Notes under the pieces: generated by a model
What the model was told of the DNA's origin: nothing
The model's database searches: none
What the model saw: the letters and a program-made list of their open reading frames with translations, nothing else
Source: Antedon mediterranea
Lineage: Eukaryota; Animalia; Echinodermata
Direction: 5' to 3'
Assembly: GCF_964355755.1 (NCBI RefSeq)
Contig: NC_092670.1
Coordinates: forward strand, 8,174,201 to 8,238,200
Length of the DNA stretch: 64,000 nucleotides
Program-made: the position numbers and the translations under genes
In this document: positions 1-13,570 of the stretch, one piece after another
Layout of the letters: every line of letters begins with the position of its first letter
Numbering within the stretch: position 1 is the first letter of the stretch

Positions 1-270
1 TGTTGAAAATTTTTCTGATGATACTGGAAGATGACCCTTGACATGAAGCATACATGTGTCAAGTGGTATTTAAAATATCTATTGGTTTTCAATTTATAGT
101 CAATCTACGCGACAATATTGTCATTAAACCAAAGTTTCTTGTACAACGACATACGCGCATAACTGCTACCGCCGTTTTTTAGATTTGCATGCAACAAAAA
201 ATGAGCAAAAAAATTGAAATTTTTGACAATAACAATAGGCTATCGCTCTACAGATAGCGAAAGCCTAATA
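1..270. mobile_element. End of a Helentron/DINE-like non-autonomous element (same family as 55661..56606)
   Basis: Near-identical to 56310..56606; ends in the hairpin taggctatcgctctacagatagcgaaagccta next to A/T runs. Confidence 0.55.
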
Positions 271-754
271 AAAATAGAAATCAATTTTAGAAAACAAAAC
301 TTTAAGTTTAAATTTTGCATATTAATTGTATTTTGGAATGAAGTTATTGACATATTTTTAAAGTTGAAAGTAATATAAGTGCATTCTAGCTTTTAGATGA
401 ACGATAAGTAAAAAGTTTTGTTGCCTTGGAAACAATTCCAGGTGGGGAAAACTAAATCGTATCCTAATAGTATTAAAAGTCAATTTTTACTTCACACGCT
501 GCATCTATTTGCTTTTGCTGTCTGGAATAATAATACAGTACTGTATTTAATAATGTATTATAAATAATTTGTAAACTATGGAAGTTTTCTTCCATAGTTA
601 TTTATAATTTTTTTAGCCTACAAAAGTTTCATTCTTTTTGCCTTTTAGTTGTTTTTTATGGAAATATTATCTTGAAACAAATCTGTGAAAAAAAATTCTC
701 AAACCATGAATAGTCTATTATTATTAGTTAATTTATTTTCTTACAGAATACAGC

Positions 755-3403
755 ATGAAATATAAATGTGAACACTGTGGAGTTAAGTTGGAATTCAGTG
801 ACTTGAAAGAACATTTAGGATTACACAATCATTCTAAAGAAATAAAATGTGAGCTCTGTGAAGATACAATTGACAAGTGTAAGCTACATAACCAGACACC
901 ATATGAATGTGATCATGAGGAGGAAGGAAATCGGAATTTGAAAAAACATTTGAGCACAAACACAGGAGAGACACCATATGAATGTGAGCATGAGAAGGAA
1001 GGAAATAGGAATTTGAAAAAACATTTGAGCACAAATACGGGAGAGACACCATATGAATGTGAACATGAGAAGGAAGGAAATCGGAATTTGAAAAAACATT
1101 TGAGCACAAACACAGGAGAGACACCATATGAATGTGAGCATGAGAAGGAAGGAATTCGGAATTTCAAAAAACATTTGAGCACAAACACAGGAGAGACACC
1201 ATATGAATGTGAGCATGAGAAGGAAGGAAATAAGAATTTGAAAAAACATTTGAGCACAAACACAGGAGAGACACCATATGAATGTGAACATGAGAAGGAA
1301 GGAAATTGGAATTTGAAAAAACATTTGAGCACAAACACAGGAGAGACACCATATGAATGTGAGCATGAGAAGGAAGGAAATAGGAATTTGAAAAAACATT
1401 TGAGCACAAAAGCAGGAGAGACACCATATGATTGTGAGTACGAGAAGGGAGGAAATCGGACTTTGAAAAAACATTTGAGCACAAACACAGGGGAGACAAC
1501 ATATGAATGTGAGCATGAGAAGGAAAGAAATCTGAATTTAAAAAAACATTTGAGCACAAACACAGGAGAGACACCATGTGAATGTGAGCATGAGAAGGAA
1601 GGAAATTGGATTTTGAAAACACATTTGAGCACAAAAACAGGAGAGACACCATATGAATGTGAACATTGTGGGAAGAAATTTAAACAAAGCTGGAATTTGA
1701 AAATGCATTTGAGAAAACACACAAGAGCGACACCATATGAAAATTGTGGTATGAAATTTAATCAAAATTTAAAGATTCTATTGAGAAAATACACAGGAGA
1801 GACACCATATGATTGTGAACATGGTGGTAAGAAATTTAAACAAAATGTGAATTGGAAAATACATTTGAGAAAACACAAAAGAGAGGCACCATATGAATGT
1901 GAACATTGTGGAGTGAAATTTACACGGAATGCTACTTTGTCAGCACATTTAAAAACACATAACACACCTTATGAATGTGAACATTGTGGGAAGAAATTTA
2001 AATGGAAGCTTACTTTGGAAACACATTTGAGAACACACAAAAGAGAGGCATCATATGAATGTGAAAATTGTGGGAAGAAATTTAGAAAAAATGTAAATTT
2101 AAAAATGCATTTAAGAATACACACAAGAGAGACACCATATGAATGTGAACATTGTGGTAAGAAATTTAAACAATATGGAAATTTGAAAATGCATTTGAGA
2201 ACACACAAAATAGAGACACCATATGAACGTGAACATTGTGGTAAGAAATTTAAACAAAGTGGAAGTTTGAAGATACATTTGAGAACACACACAGGAGAGA
2301 CACCATATGAATGTGAACATTGTGGTAAGAAATTTAAACAAAGTGGAAGTTTGAAGATACATTTGAGAACACACACAGGAGAGACACCATATGAATGTCA
2401 ACATTGTGGACAGAAATTTAAACAAAATGGAAATTTGAAAATGCATTTGAGAACACACACAGGAGAGACACCATATGAATGTGAACATTGTGGAAAGAAA
2501 TTTAAACAAAATGGAAATTTGAAAAAGCATTTGAGAATACACACAGGAGAGACACCATATGAATGTGAACATTGTGGTAAAAAATTTAAACAAAATGAAC
2601 ATTTGAAGATACATTTGAGAACACACACAGGAGAGACACCATATGAATGTGAACATTGTGGACAGAAATTTAAACAAAACTGGAATTTGAAAATTCATTT
2701 GAGAACACACACAGGAGAGACACCATATGAATGTCAACATTGTGGACAGAAATTTAAACAAAATGGAAATTTGAAAATTCATTTGAGAACACACACAGGA
2801 GAGACACCATATGAATGTGAACATTGTGGACAGAAATTTAAACACAATGGGGACTTGAAAAGACATTTGAGAACACACACAGGAGAGACACCATATGAAT
2901 GTGAACATTGTGGTAAGAAATTTAAACAAAGTGGAAGTTTGAAGATACATTTGAGAACACACACAGGAGAGACACGGTATGAATGTCAACATTGTGGACA
3001 GAAATTTAAACAAAATGGACATTTGAAAATGCATTTGAGAACACACACAGGAGAGACACCATATGAATGTCAACATTGTGGACAGAAATTTAAACAAAAT
3101 GGAAATTTGAAAATGCATTTGAGAACACACACAGGAGAGACACCATATGAATGTGCACATTGTGGTAAGAAATTTAAACACAATGGGGGCTTGAAAAGAC
3201 ATTTGAGAATACACACAAGAGAGGCACCATATGAATGTGAACATTGTGGTAAGAAATTTAAACAAAATGGGGTTTTGAAAAGACATTTGAGAACACACAC
3301 TAGAAAGGCACCATATGAATGTGAACATTGTGGAACGAAATTTACACGGAATGCTACTTTGAATGCACATTTAAAAACACATAACACACCTTATGAAATT
3401 TAA
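755..3403 (+). CDS. Tandem C2H2 zinc-finger protein, 882 aa: N-terminal atypical finger, 10 degenerate 25-aa repeats, ~20 C2H2 fingers
   Basis: CxxC-x12-HxxxH units with TGETPY linkers; splice acceptor ttttcttacag at 736-746 just before the ATG. Confidence 0.93.
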   Translation: MKYKCEHCGVKLEFSDLKEHLGLHNHSKEIKCELCEDTIDKCKLHNQTPYECDHEEEGNRNLKKHLSTNTGETPYECEHEKEGNRNLKKHLSTNTGETPYECEHEKEGNRNLKKHLSTNTGETPYECEHEKEGIRNFKKHLSTNTGETPYECEHEKEGNKNLKKHLSTNTGETPYECEHEKEGNWNLKKHLSTNTGETPYECEHEKEGNRNLKKHLSTKAGETPYDCEYEKGGNRTLKKHLSTNTGETTYECEHEKERNLNLKKHLSTNTGETPCECEHEKEGNWILKTHLSTKTGETPYECEHCGKKFKQSWNLKMHLRKHTRATPYENCGMKFNQNLKILLRKYTGETPYDCEHGGKKFKQNVNWKIHLRKHKREAPYECEHCGVKFTRNATLSAHLKTHNTPYECEHCGKKFKWKLTLETHLRTHKREASYECENCGKKFRKNVNLKMHLRIHTRETPYECEHCGKKFKQYGNLKMHLRTHKIETPYEREHCGKKFKQSGSLKIHLRTHTGETPYECEHCGKKFKQSGSLKIHLRTHTGETPYECQHCGQKFKQNGNLKMHLRTHTGETPYECEHCGKKFKQNGNLKKHLRIHTGETPYECEHCGKKFKQNEHLKIHLRTHTGETPYECEHCGQKFKQNWNLKIHLRTHTGETPYECQHCGQKFKQNGNLKIHLRTHTGETPYECEHCGQKFKHNGDLKRHLRTHTGETPYECEHCGKKFKQSGSLKIHLRTHTGETRYECQHCGQKFKQNGHLKMHLRTHTGETPYECQHCGQKFKQNGNLKMHLRTHTGETPYECAHCGKKFKHNGGLKRHLRIHTREAPYECEHCGKKFKQNGVLKRHLRTHTRKAPYECEHCGTKFTRNATLNAHLKTHNTPYEI
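899..1648 (+). repeat. Coding 75-bp minisatellite x10 (PYECEHEKEGNRNLKKHLSTNTGET)
   Basis: Units counted in the translation. Confidence 0.92.
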
Positions 3404-4700
<1,297 letters not shown>

Positions 4701-4791
4701 ATAAATGTTAATGTTCTGTGTGTTACTGTTTTTTGTTTTGTTTAAAGTACACACACACTTTCAATTCTAAATGTACACTCTTTTACTTACT

Positions 4792-6081
4792 CAGGGGTGA
4801 GGGAATTTCAATTTCTTTCACTTGTCCCCGGACAAGTACCTGCACGGAATTCACTTGTCCGAGAAAAAAATGTACTTGTCCCTCTTTATTGCGCAATAGG
4901 CAAAAAATTACACAAGTGTCGACAAATGTCACGCAAGTGTTTATTGTCTATTTAAAATTCAGCAGTTTATAGGCCTAGCCTAGACTTTTTAAGCCTGCTC
5001 AATATTTTGATAAAAATAACGGTAATTTTTAGGTTTTATTTCATTAACACAACAGTGTGTAGAGTACTGTAGGCCTAATTAATAAATAGTAGTTAGTAAA
5101 TAAAAATAAAAGAATTGAATTACCAAAAAAACTGTGGTGTCTATTAGCCTAGTCATACATGTGAACTGATCTTTGCCTACTGTAGCTATGCCGGCTAGCT
5201 AGGTATATTTAAATTATTTTTTTTAATATTTTTTATTTTGTTCAGGCATAATTAAAATTATTTTTAAAAATAATTATTTTGTCCAGGCATAATTAGTTAA
5301 CAAATAATACCGAATTAATGTAGGTCTGGCTAGGCCCAATAGCTTGCCATCCAGACACTAGGCCTTCCTTAGACCGTCACCACGGAGAGAGAGAAAAATA
5401 CCTCCAGGCCCCAGGCCATCCTTACTCTAGTAGAAAAGTTAGGCCTCCTACTCTACAACTTCTGTACGGACGGAGAGAGGATGTTTTTGTTATTATCCAA
5501 TTCACTAAATAAAATAGCTTGTTGCATTTCACAGGTAAATTTATAAAAAACATTCTTTTCCCTATGAAACCACTTTATCAATTGTCCGTTCCATGCACGA
5601 TGTACAGAGAAAAATTTAAATACTGGGCCTACCACCTCCTCGCGTGTATACAGCTTCCATCTTGATGCATGGTATTTTTAATCAACAATACCTGGTAGAG
5701 TCCATTAATTACGGGGGTTCTTTTTAACTGGGCATTTTTTTTAATTACCCAGTTAACCTATGTCTCAACCACTGCATGGTCCAAAAATGTTTTAATTACA
5801 TCCCCAAATAGAAAATCGTGTAATCTATAATGATGTGACTCGGGTCATTGACCAATCAGTGATGTATTAAATGCACTGGGTTTAATGTGCTTTGAAGAAG
5901 CCTGCTATTTTTATTAATGCACATGGCTAACTGTGTTGGCACATGGTTTTCTGTGCTCTTAGATTAATTTCCTGAATTTCAAAAGTGCTTGTCCTCGGAC
6001 AAGAGGATACGTCAAATGTGGTTGTCCGACCGTAAAAAACACTTGTCCCGGGCGTCGGGCAAGTTGGTTCGCCCAGCCCTG
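4792..6081. mobile_element. Non-autonomous hAT-like DNA transposon
   Basis: CAGGG...CCCTG ends, subterminal cttgtccc/ggacaag motifs; absent at the paralogous site ~63000 (ttttacttattagttag); short duplication ttac (or imperfect cttact/attact). Confidence 0.8.
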
Positions 6082-6239
6082 ATTACTAGTTAGTAAATTA
6101 TTGTTATAACATTTATTATAATACTATGATACCTAGGACTTAATTATTGTATTATTTTAATTTACTTTATTATAACATTATACATTTTTGGTTTTGTTTA
6201 CACTTTGTTTGGTTTGTGATGATATTTTTTTCAAAATTT

Positions 6240-6636
6240 ATAATAAACCCTTACTAAGATTTATAATGTACAGTAGCCTTCCTATGTAATAAAGCCTTTC
6301 TATGATTTTTAATGTACAGTAGCCTTCCTATGTAATAAACCCTTACTAAGATTTATAATGTACAGTAGCCTTCCTATGTAATAAAGCCTTTCTATGATTT
6401 TTAATGTACAGTAGCCTTCCTATGTAATAAAGCCTTACTAAGATTTATAATGTACAGTAGCCTTCCTATGTAATAAAGCCTTACTAAGATTTATAATGTA
6501 CAGTAGTAGCCTTCCTATGTAATAAACCCTTTCTATGATTTATAATGTAGAGTAGCCTTCCTATGTAATAAAGCCTTTCTATGATTTATAATGTACAGTA
6601 GCCTTCCTATGTAATAAAGCCTTTCTATGATTTTTA
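6240..6636 (+). repeat. 46-bp minisatellite, ~8.5 copies
   Basis: Unit taataaagcctttctatgatttataatgtacagtagccttcctatg. Confidence 0.95.
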
Positions 6637-7199
6637 ATTCAAAGTAAGAGTTTTCTTTTATAGTCGGTTTTTGTAACAATAAAATCAAGTTTTATTCATA
6701 TATATTCAAGATGCTGTATAATTTACTATTTTCTTTGTGTATATTTGTAAACACATGGCGACACAAGAAGGGATAGATAGATAGTAGTTTGTATTTTATA
6801 TTTATATATGTTATGTTTTGGGAAAAAAGTGTATACTGTAGTCATTAGAATTTTAAAGTACTGTAGTTATATTATAGATAACTGATTTTGCTGCAGTTTT
6901 GCAATCGATCAGAAAATTCAAAACTTAATGTTGTTACGTGTTGGACAAAGAATTGAAACAACAATGTAACACTCAATCCAAGGAGTAACAACTCTCTTCT
7001 AAATCCAATTATTTAATTAAAGTGGAATTTCAATACAATTCTACATAATTGGCGTTATACAGTATACTGTAAAGGCAGTGACGATCCACTATTAGATCTC
7101 TAGATAAAGCCTTTCCCCACCCACTCTACACAATGGTAGAGTGGGTCGGTTTTAATGTCTCGGGTCGTTACTCAACAAGTACTCTTACAGCATCTAAAT

Positions 7200-7360
7200 A
7201 GATAATTCAATTTGCATAATTATACTCTCAACCAATCAAATACCGTAAATAAGTACTTGTCTGCCAGTCTATGATCCTATTTATTGCTGAGGAATGCCAT
7301 TCAGTTGTATACAGTGGCAGCGAGAGAACGACTGAGGAAGACGATAATTATCATTGAGGT
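7200..7360 (+). promoter_or_regulatory. Putative promoter and non-coding first exon of the ZF gene at 8022
   Basis: Octamer ATTTGCAT (7210), CCAAT box (~7232), gactga..agacgataatta and donor ag|gtaggt (~7359); same arrangement at 24821..24945. Confidence 0.55.
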
Positions 7361-8021
7361 AGGTACACGTTCCTAAACTGAAATATTGATTATGAGACAA
7401 TCGGCGTGTGTGTTTCTTATAATTGTTAGCAGGATTACTCGAAAATGTATTGCCGATTTTCATATGATTTTAAAGGATAGGTTCATAGCTGTATGGGAAC
7501 ACGTTATTCAATTTCATATGACTAGTAGATCAAATATCAAGCTGACCACAGCAATGGAAAGTTTCACCATAGGGATTTTCATTCCTTATTACGTATTTGT
7601 TGATATGTGGCATTGGCCCTCGCAATTAACACTCTAACTATCTATTTTGTTGGTAACTTATTGTATAGGGCTTGGTTCTATTTGATACGGCTTGGTAATT
7701 AGGAGGACCCCGATTTATGTTTCTTTTCCCAGAAAAATAGTAGGCCTAATGCCTTAAAATAACGCAAGCTAATATCACTCAAATTAATCCGTTACCATTA
7801 GGCCTCAGTAAATCTAATTAAAACAAAAGCTGTATACACGACATTAAAGTCGCAATCGAATACGCCAATTTTAAATTCTTTGACATTATTCTGTTACAAA
7901 ACTACTGTATTTACATAAGTTTGTTTTTCAATATAGTGTAGCTAACATGAATAGTACTACTAAGTATAGTTGGAGGAAGTAGATTTATAATTTTGAAAAC
8001 TGTATTTTTTTTATAGATTTA

Positions 8022-9399
8022 TTGATGAATGAATACGACTTCAACAAAGAAGAATTTAACAGTGTAAATACCAACATGAAAGGCAAATGTGAACACTGTG
8101 GAGATGAATTTGAGTTCAGGGATTTAAAGGAACATTTAGGAATACACGTACATAGTAAAGAGTTTAAATGTGAAAATTCCGAGGATTTTCTGCTAAATGA
8201 CCAAACACCATATTATGTCTTTGAACATTGTAGGCCTAGAATTGAAGAAAGTAAACATTTTGGACTACCCATTGTCGAAAAAACTTCATATGAATTTGAA
8301 CATTGTCGAAATGACGAAAGTGAGAATTCAAGTAACACTGCCGTAGAAGCTTCGTATGAATTAGAACATTGTCGAAATGAAGAAAATGAGAATTTGGGAA
8401 ACACTTCTGAAGAAACATCGTATACTGAATCTGATGAAAATTGTGGAACTGAAGAAAGGGGTAATTTGGGAATTTACACTTTCGAAGAAACTTCGTTTGG
8501 TTGTGAAAATTGTGGGAAACAATTTAATAAAAGTGATGATTTAAAAAAACATTTTAAAATTCACACAAGAGAGACACAACATGAATGTGAACATTGTGGG
8601 AAGACATTTAAACAGAATGCGAATTTGAAAAAGCATTTGAGAATACACACAGGAGGAGCACCATTTGAATGTAAACACTGTGGGAAGAATTTTAAAGAAA
8701 GGGGGAATTTAAACAAGCATTTGCGGATGCATACAGGAGAGAAACCATATGATTGTGAATACTGTGGGAAGAAATTTAGATCTAGTGTAAATTTGACAAA
8801 ACATTTGAGAGTACACACAGGAGAGAAGCCATATGAATGTGAACAGTGTCAAAGGAAATTTAAACACAGTGGGCAATTAAAAATACATTTTAGAACTCAC
8901 ACAGGGGAGACACCGTATGGATGTGAACATTGTGGAAAGAAATTTAAACAGAGAGTGATTTTGAGAGAACATTTGAGAATACACACAGGAGAGAAACCAT
9001 ATGAATGTATATTTTGCGCGAAGAACTTTAGAACTAGTAGTTATTTAAATGAGATTACACACAGGATGCAAATCGTATGAATGTGAATATTGTGGACAGA
9101 AATTTATCACTAATGGGACTTTAAAAAAACATTTGAGAATTCACACCGGAGAGACACCTTATGAATGTGAGCATTGTGGAAAGAAATTTAAACATAATGG
9201 ATATTTAAAATTACATTTGAGAATACACACGGGAGAGAAACCATATAAATGTGAACAATGTGGAATACAATTTCAATGGGATAAAACCTTCAAAAGGCAT
9301 CTAAAAACACACACACACAGACACTCTTTAAATGAAAACACTGTGCTATCATCTTTAAATTCAATTACATTATTACCAATCAATCAATTACAAAATTAG
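8022..9399 (+). pseudogene. C2H2 zinc-finger gene with a frameshift at ~9053 (ORFs 8022..9080 and 9049..9399)
   Basis: Acceptor ttttttatag at 8016; finger 'YLNE|RLHTG' lacks HL, consistent with an 8-nt deletion between tgag repeats; fingers continue in the shifted frame. Confidence 0.8.
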
Positions 9400-9846
9400 A
9401 ACTTACATATTTATTTTCACTCTGATTGTTAAAGCATTTGATTGAAAAGATGGAATATCTCAATATAAAATATAAGATATGAGGCACATATATTTTTTAT
9501 TCTGTAGATGGATTCATGACAGAGAAATCAGTTAACTGAACATTTTGTTTAAGTTTTTCATATCTCCCTTTATTTTATGTTAATGTAAAGTGTATGGATT
9601 TTATGTATCGTATTCCTCGTTTTCGTCAGTCACAAAATAGTTTAATTATTATTTGTACAGTGTTACCGCTAGAATAGGCCTAAATAGTAACAATCGGTAA
9701 TATTACGTGTGTTTACTCGCTTTTGAAATCTTTTCAATGCATATTAAAGAGAAATAATATCAAATTGCACCATTCTAAAAATATTAACAGTAAATATTCG
9801 TGCAACAACTTTTTTAAACAAAATTAACTAGGGCAACTACATTGTA

Positions 9847-10485
9847 AACTAGAAAGCCACTCCGAGAGGGCATACCTCCGCCTACTGTAAAATTCTCCTA
9901 CATAAGATTTCTCCGGTAAAAAAAATATATATATATATATATATTTGTGTGTGTCTTAATGCTGTTTGTGATTTAGGTTAATTTCAGTACAAGCATGTGT
10001 ATGCGAGTTTGGTGTAATGGTTATGTAACAAGCCTTTCAGTTAACAATAGCTTCAGTTGACTAACAATAGCAACGCGAAAATCAAACGAGTGAATTTGAA
10101 AAGAAATAGGTTTTCTACTCGCATCAAAAAATGTGCACATTAAATCAAATTATGTTTCAAAATTACAAATCACAAATTATAACTCTTGCCTCTTGTTCAA
10201 AAATTAAGTTTTTTGGACAAGTAGTTCTCGAGAAAATTTAAGTTTACTTGTTACTTTAAGACTGCTCGCCGGCTTTTGAAAAATTCTGTCCTATCTTTTA
10301 ACACTAGCAGGTCTAAAAAAGTATACTAAAAAGGGGTCCAAATTTAATGGAATGGTCCTTGACCACATATCTATCTGTCTATTCATTTTGGTAAAGATCT
10401 TGTAATTACTTTTTGAGTAATCCTGCTAACAAACAAACAAACAAACACACGCTACCGATTACATATACCTCCTTGGCGGAGGTAA
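9847..10485. mobile_element. Helentron/DINE-like non-autonomous element
   Basis: Subterminal inverted acctccgcc/ggcggaggt, (aaac)n microsatellite, terminal hairpin acctccttggcggaggt. Confidence 0.55.
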
Positions 10486-12042
10486 ATTATTGCATCTCTA
10501 AATTATTTATGGAGTGCTACAATGACATGACTGATCTATTATATTATTTAAGTTATTGAAATGTTATTCCAATGTGATTTCATTATAACAGTGTGTACAA
10601 TGTTATAGGCTTTGATTTATTTTTATATTTGCTTTCATTTTAATTACTTATATGTATGCAATCGTGTTTTCAATCAAATAGTTTATAGGCCAGTGTGTTT
10701 TGGAGTATATCGCAAAAATAAAAGCAGTTTGTACAGTAGGTCAGTGGTGTAGGAAAGAGTGGTATCGCACAAAATTCCAACAATGCAGAATTACCAATTT
10801 ATTTGGTTATGTAGTTTGCAATGTTTAATATCTCTGTTTCATTTGATTTAATATAAAAGTGGAAATTACAATAAAATGTTGAATTTAAATTTAATGTTTC
10901 TTCATTTATTTATTTGACCAAAAAACAATAATGTAAAACAAAACTGAGGAGGAGAATCGGTCAGGACGGTAAAGCAAAGATTTATAATATTCAAAATCAG
11001 CATATAAAACAAGGAAAAAAATAATTTAGTGATTTAGAGAAAGATTTATAATTGCCCAGAAGGACTCAGAGTCAATTGATGATAAAATATAAAGCTCTGT
11101 CTACATAGCACTATCAACATTTTATGTGACAAAAAATGTGCGGACGTGATGATGTCATATACCATATTTGGGCATTTCACTACCATATTTGGGCAAATCA
11201 CACTTTTAGTTTGATAAGACAAAGCTATAGGAAGAGATTCAGAAACAGCTAATTAATATTCAAATTAAAACTGTTTATTGCAACAAGGTAAGCATTGTTA
11301 TATTTACAAAATAACAACTACAATTCATTTCGTCACTTTGACGAATTATTTGTGATCATTGTGAAAACATAATTTTACTGACGTTTCATTTTTTTTAAAT
11401 AAAATATGAGCGCAAAACATTGATATATTCCATCCATGACCACCTGATGCATAGGCCTACTATTATAGAGTGCTGCTATTAGTGTCGTATTTAATATATA
11501 CAGTACATTATATACGGTATCTATATACAGTGTAGCATAGGTGAAATTACGTGACCCACACTATGTTCTAATGTTTTGGTATGATGATGACAATTTCGGA
11601 AGATAATGATTTGAGCAAAAGATATAACTCTTTTAAAATGTTTATAACTTTGACGAAAGACATGATAAAACTACATTTTAATTCAATTGACCATTCATAT
11701 CTACATTTCAGCAGCTTTCTAATAAGTTATAAACATCATTAATTCTGAGGAGATGTAAGATATTCAAATATACGGTGTAAGTAAAAGTACGTAATAACAT
11801 TTTAATTTTGTAGGCGTGACGTGACGTCATAAAATTTGAAACTTATGAGTAATATTGGTTGAGCAAGCACACATTTTTTCAAACATATAAATATTAGGCC
11901 TATTGTTTTTAAAACTAATAATATTAACATAAAAATATTTTTTAATTGGATATAATAACTTTAAAAGACCTCTACAAAACAAAAATGCAATAAAAAAAAA
12001 CATGATTTGTTTTAATTTACACGTTTTATTAAGAAATTATAT

Positions 12043-13570
12043 TATTAGGTGATCATTTAGAATAAAATGATCACCTATTGTTATTGTATGAAATCTTTAA
12101 AGTTATTATTGTTTCTGTACACTATTTTGTGTAACAATTATCTCAAAAAGTTTAATGTCAATGATTACCAACATTTTACAATATCTTTCAAATACCGTAA
12201 CTTAGTCCTAATAAGCTTTTCAGCGTGATCACTTATCCGTGACGTCATTTATACGCCATTTTCTGAAATCACATTATCAATCATATCTCCATAATTCATT
12301 ATCATATATTAATGAAATTTATTACACGTAAACTTCAGGTCAAGGGTAAAAATATTGGCAAGTAAAAACGCATGCGCACGTAGGGTCATGCGCGTAAAAT
12401 CGCGCGTTCAAAATTTAAAAAGCTCAAAATTAAGTTTTAATCAATTTAGAGCATGAATTAGGCCATTTGCGTGTTTCAAAAAATTACTGCGCAAAAATAC
12501 GTTTTTGAGCGCGCGATTTTTAAAAAGCGTAAAAATACGAATCCTTAGTACATTCACCGAATTTGAGTTTGTTCCGACTTAAAATAACGCTATACGAGCA
12601 TGTTAAAAATGACAAAATGCGCACATTAACTGCATAAAAGTGCTGAAAATGATGAAGAATAAGGCATTTTTAAAATGAAAATCATTCTTCAGAATGCACG
12701 ATGACCCCAATTTTTTTTAATTATTCTAGAAGCCATTGAGTTTTAGATATAAATTCATTTACACATTTGACGTACAAAATGTTGTGAGGTCACCAAAAAT
12801 GGCCACTCGAATTTAAAAATTTGGTTTTTTTCTCTTTTGTCATAGATTATCACATTCAACTGAGCGCATCTCGGTTATTTTGTGCCCGATTTTCGCTAAA
12901 TTTTTTGTATATGTTTGCTCAATTAATTATCTTTCTCATGAGTTGTCAAAATTTTCATTTTGATGACGTCATCACGCGTAAAAACTTGAATAACGTAGGT
13001 CGTGTAATTTCACCTACACCATACATTTGAATATCTTACAGCTCTTCTGAATTAAATGGGACCTTGATGATTATAATTTATCATGAAAGCTGATGAAATA
13101 TATATGAATTCATATAAAAATTAAGCCTATCGGATGTTTTGACGTTATGAAATGGCCAGTTGAAGTTAAAAAGTAGTTTTTTTTCTCTCTTTCGTCAAAT
13201 TTATACAAATTTCAAAGAGTGCGCAGTGCGCTTCTACGTGCCAAATTTTCTTCCAAATCTTATAATATTTTGCTCAATTCATTATCTTTCGAAATTGTGA
13301 TCTTCAAATTTATTTTGACAACGTCATCATTCCAAAAAGTTAGAACATGATGTGGGTCCCGTAATTTCACCTATGCTACACTGTATATGGATATACAGTA
13401 TACTATACATATTATATATGACATATAATAGGAACAACTTGGCACTATAAGCATTATATGCATCATGTCATAGGATGGCGTACATCAGCTTTTTACGATC
13501 GTATTTTAACGTATGCATGTTTAAAAATTTCAATAAAATGATAAAAATGATCACCTATAATTCCTAGTTA
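12043..13570. mobile_element. Helentron/DINE-like non-autonomous element; partial inverted copy at ~11520..11830
   Basis: 5' hairpin aggtgatcattt...aaatgatcacct, matching aaatgatcaccta near 13546; 11527..11560 is the reverse complement of 13352..13386. Confidence 0.55.

Noticed and set aside
755-3403. Assigning a gene symbol such as PRDM9 or a numbered ZNF
   Set aside because: No SET, KRAB, BTB or ZAD domain seen; lineage-specific paralogs have no recognisable ortholog
6240-6636. CRISPR-like regular repeats (also 62180..62780, 63160..63872, 31755..31970)
   Set aside because: Contiguous tandem units without unique spacers, no cas genes, eukaryotic context
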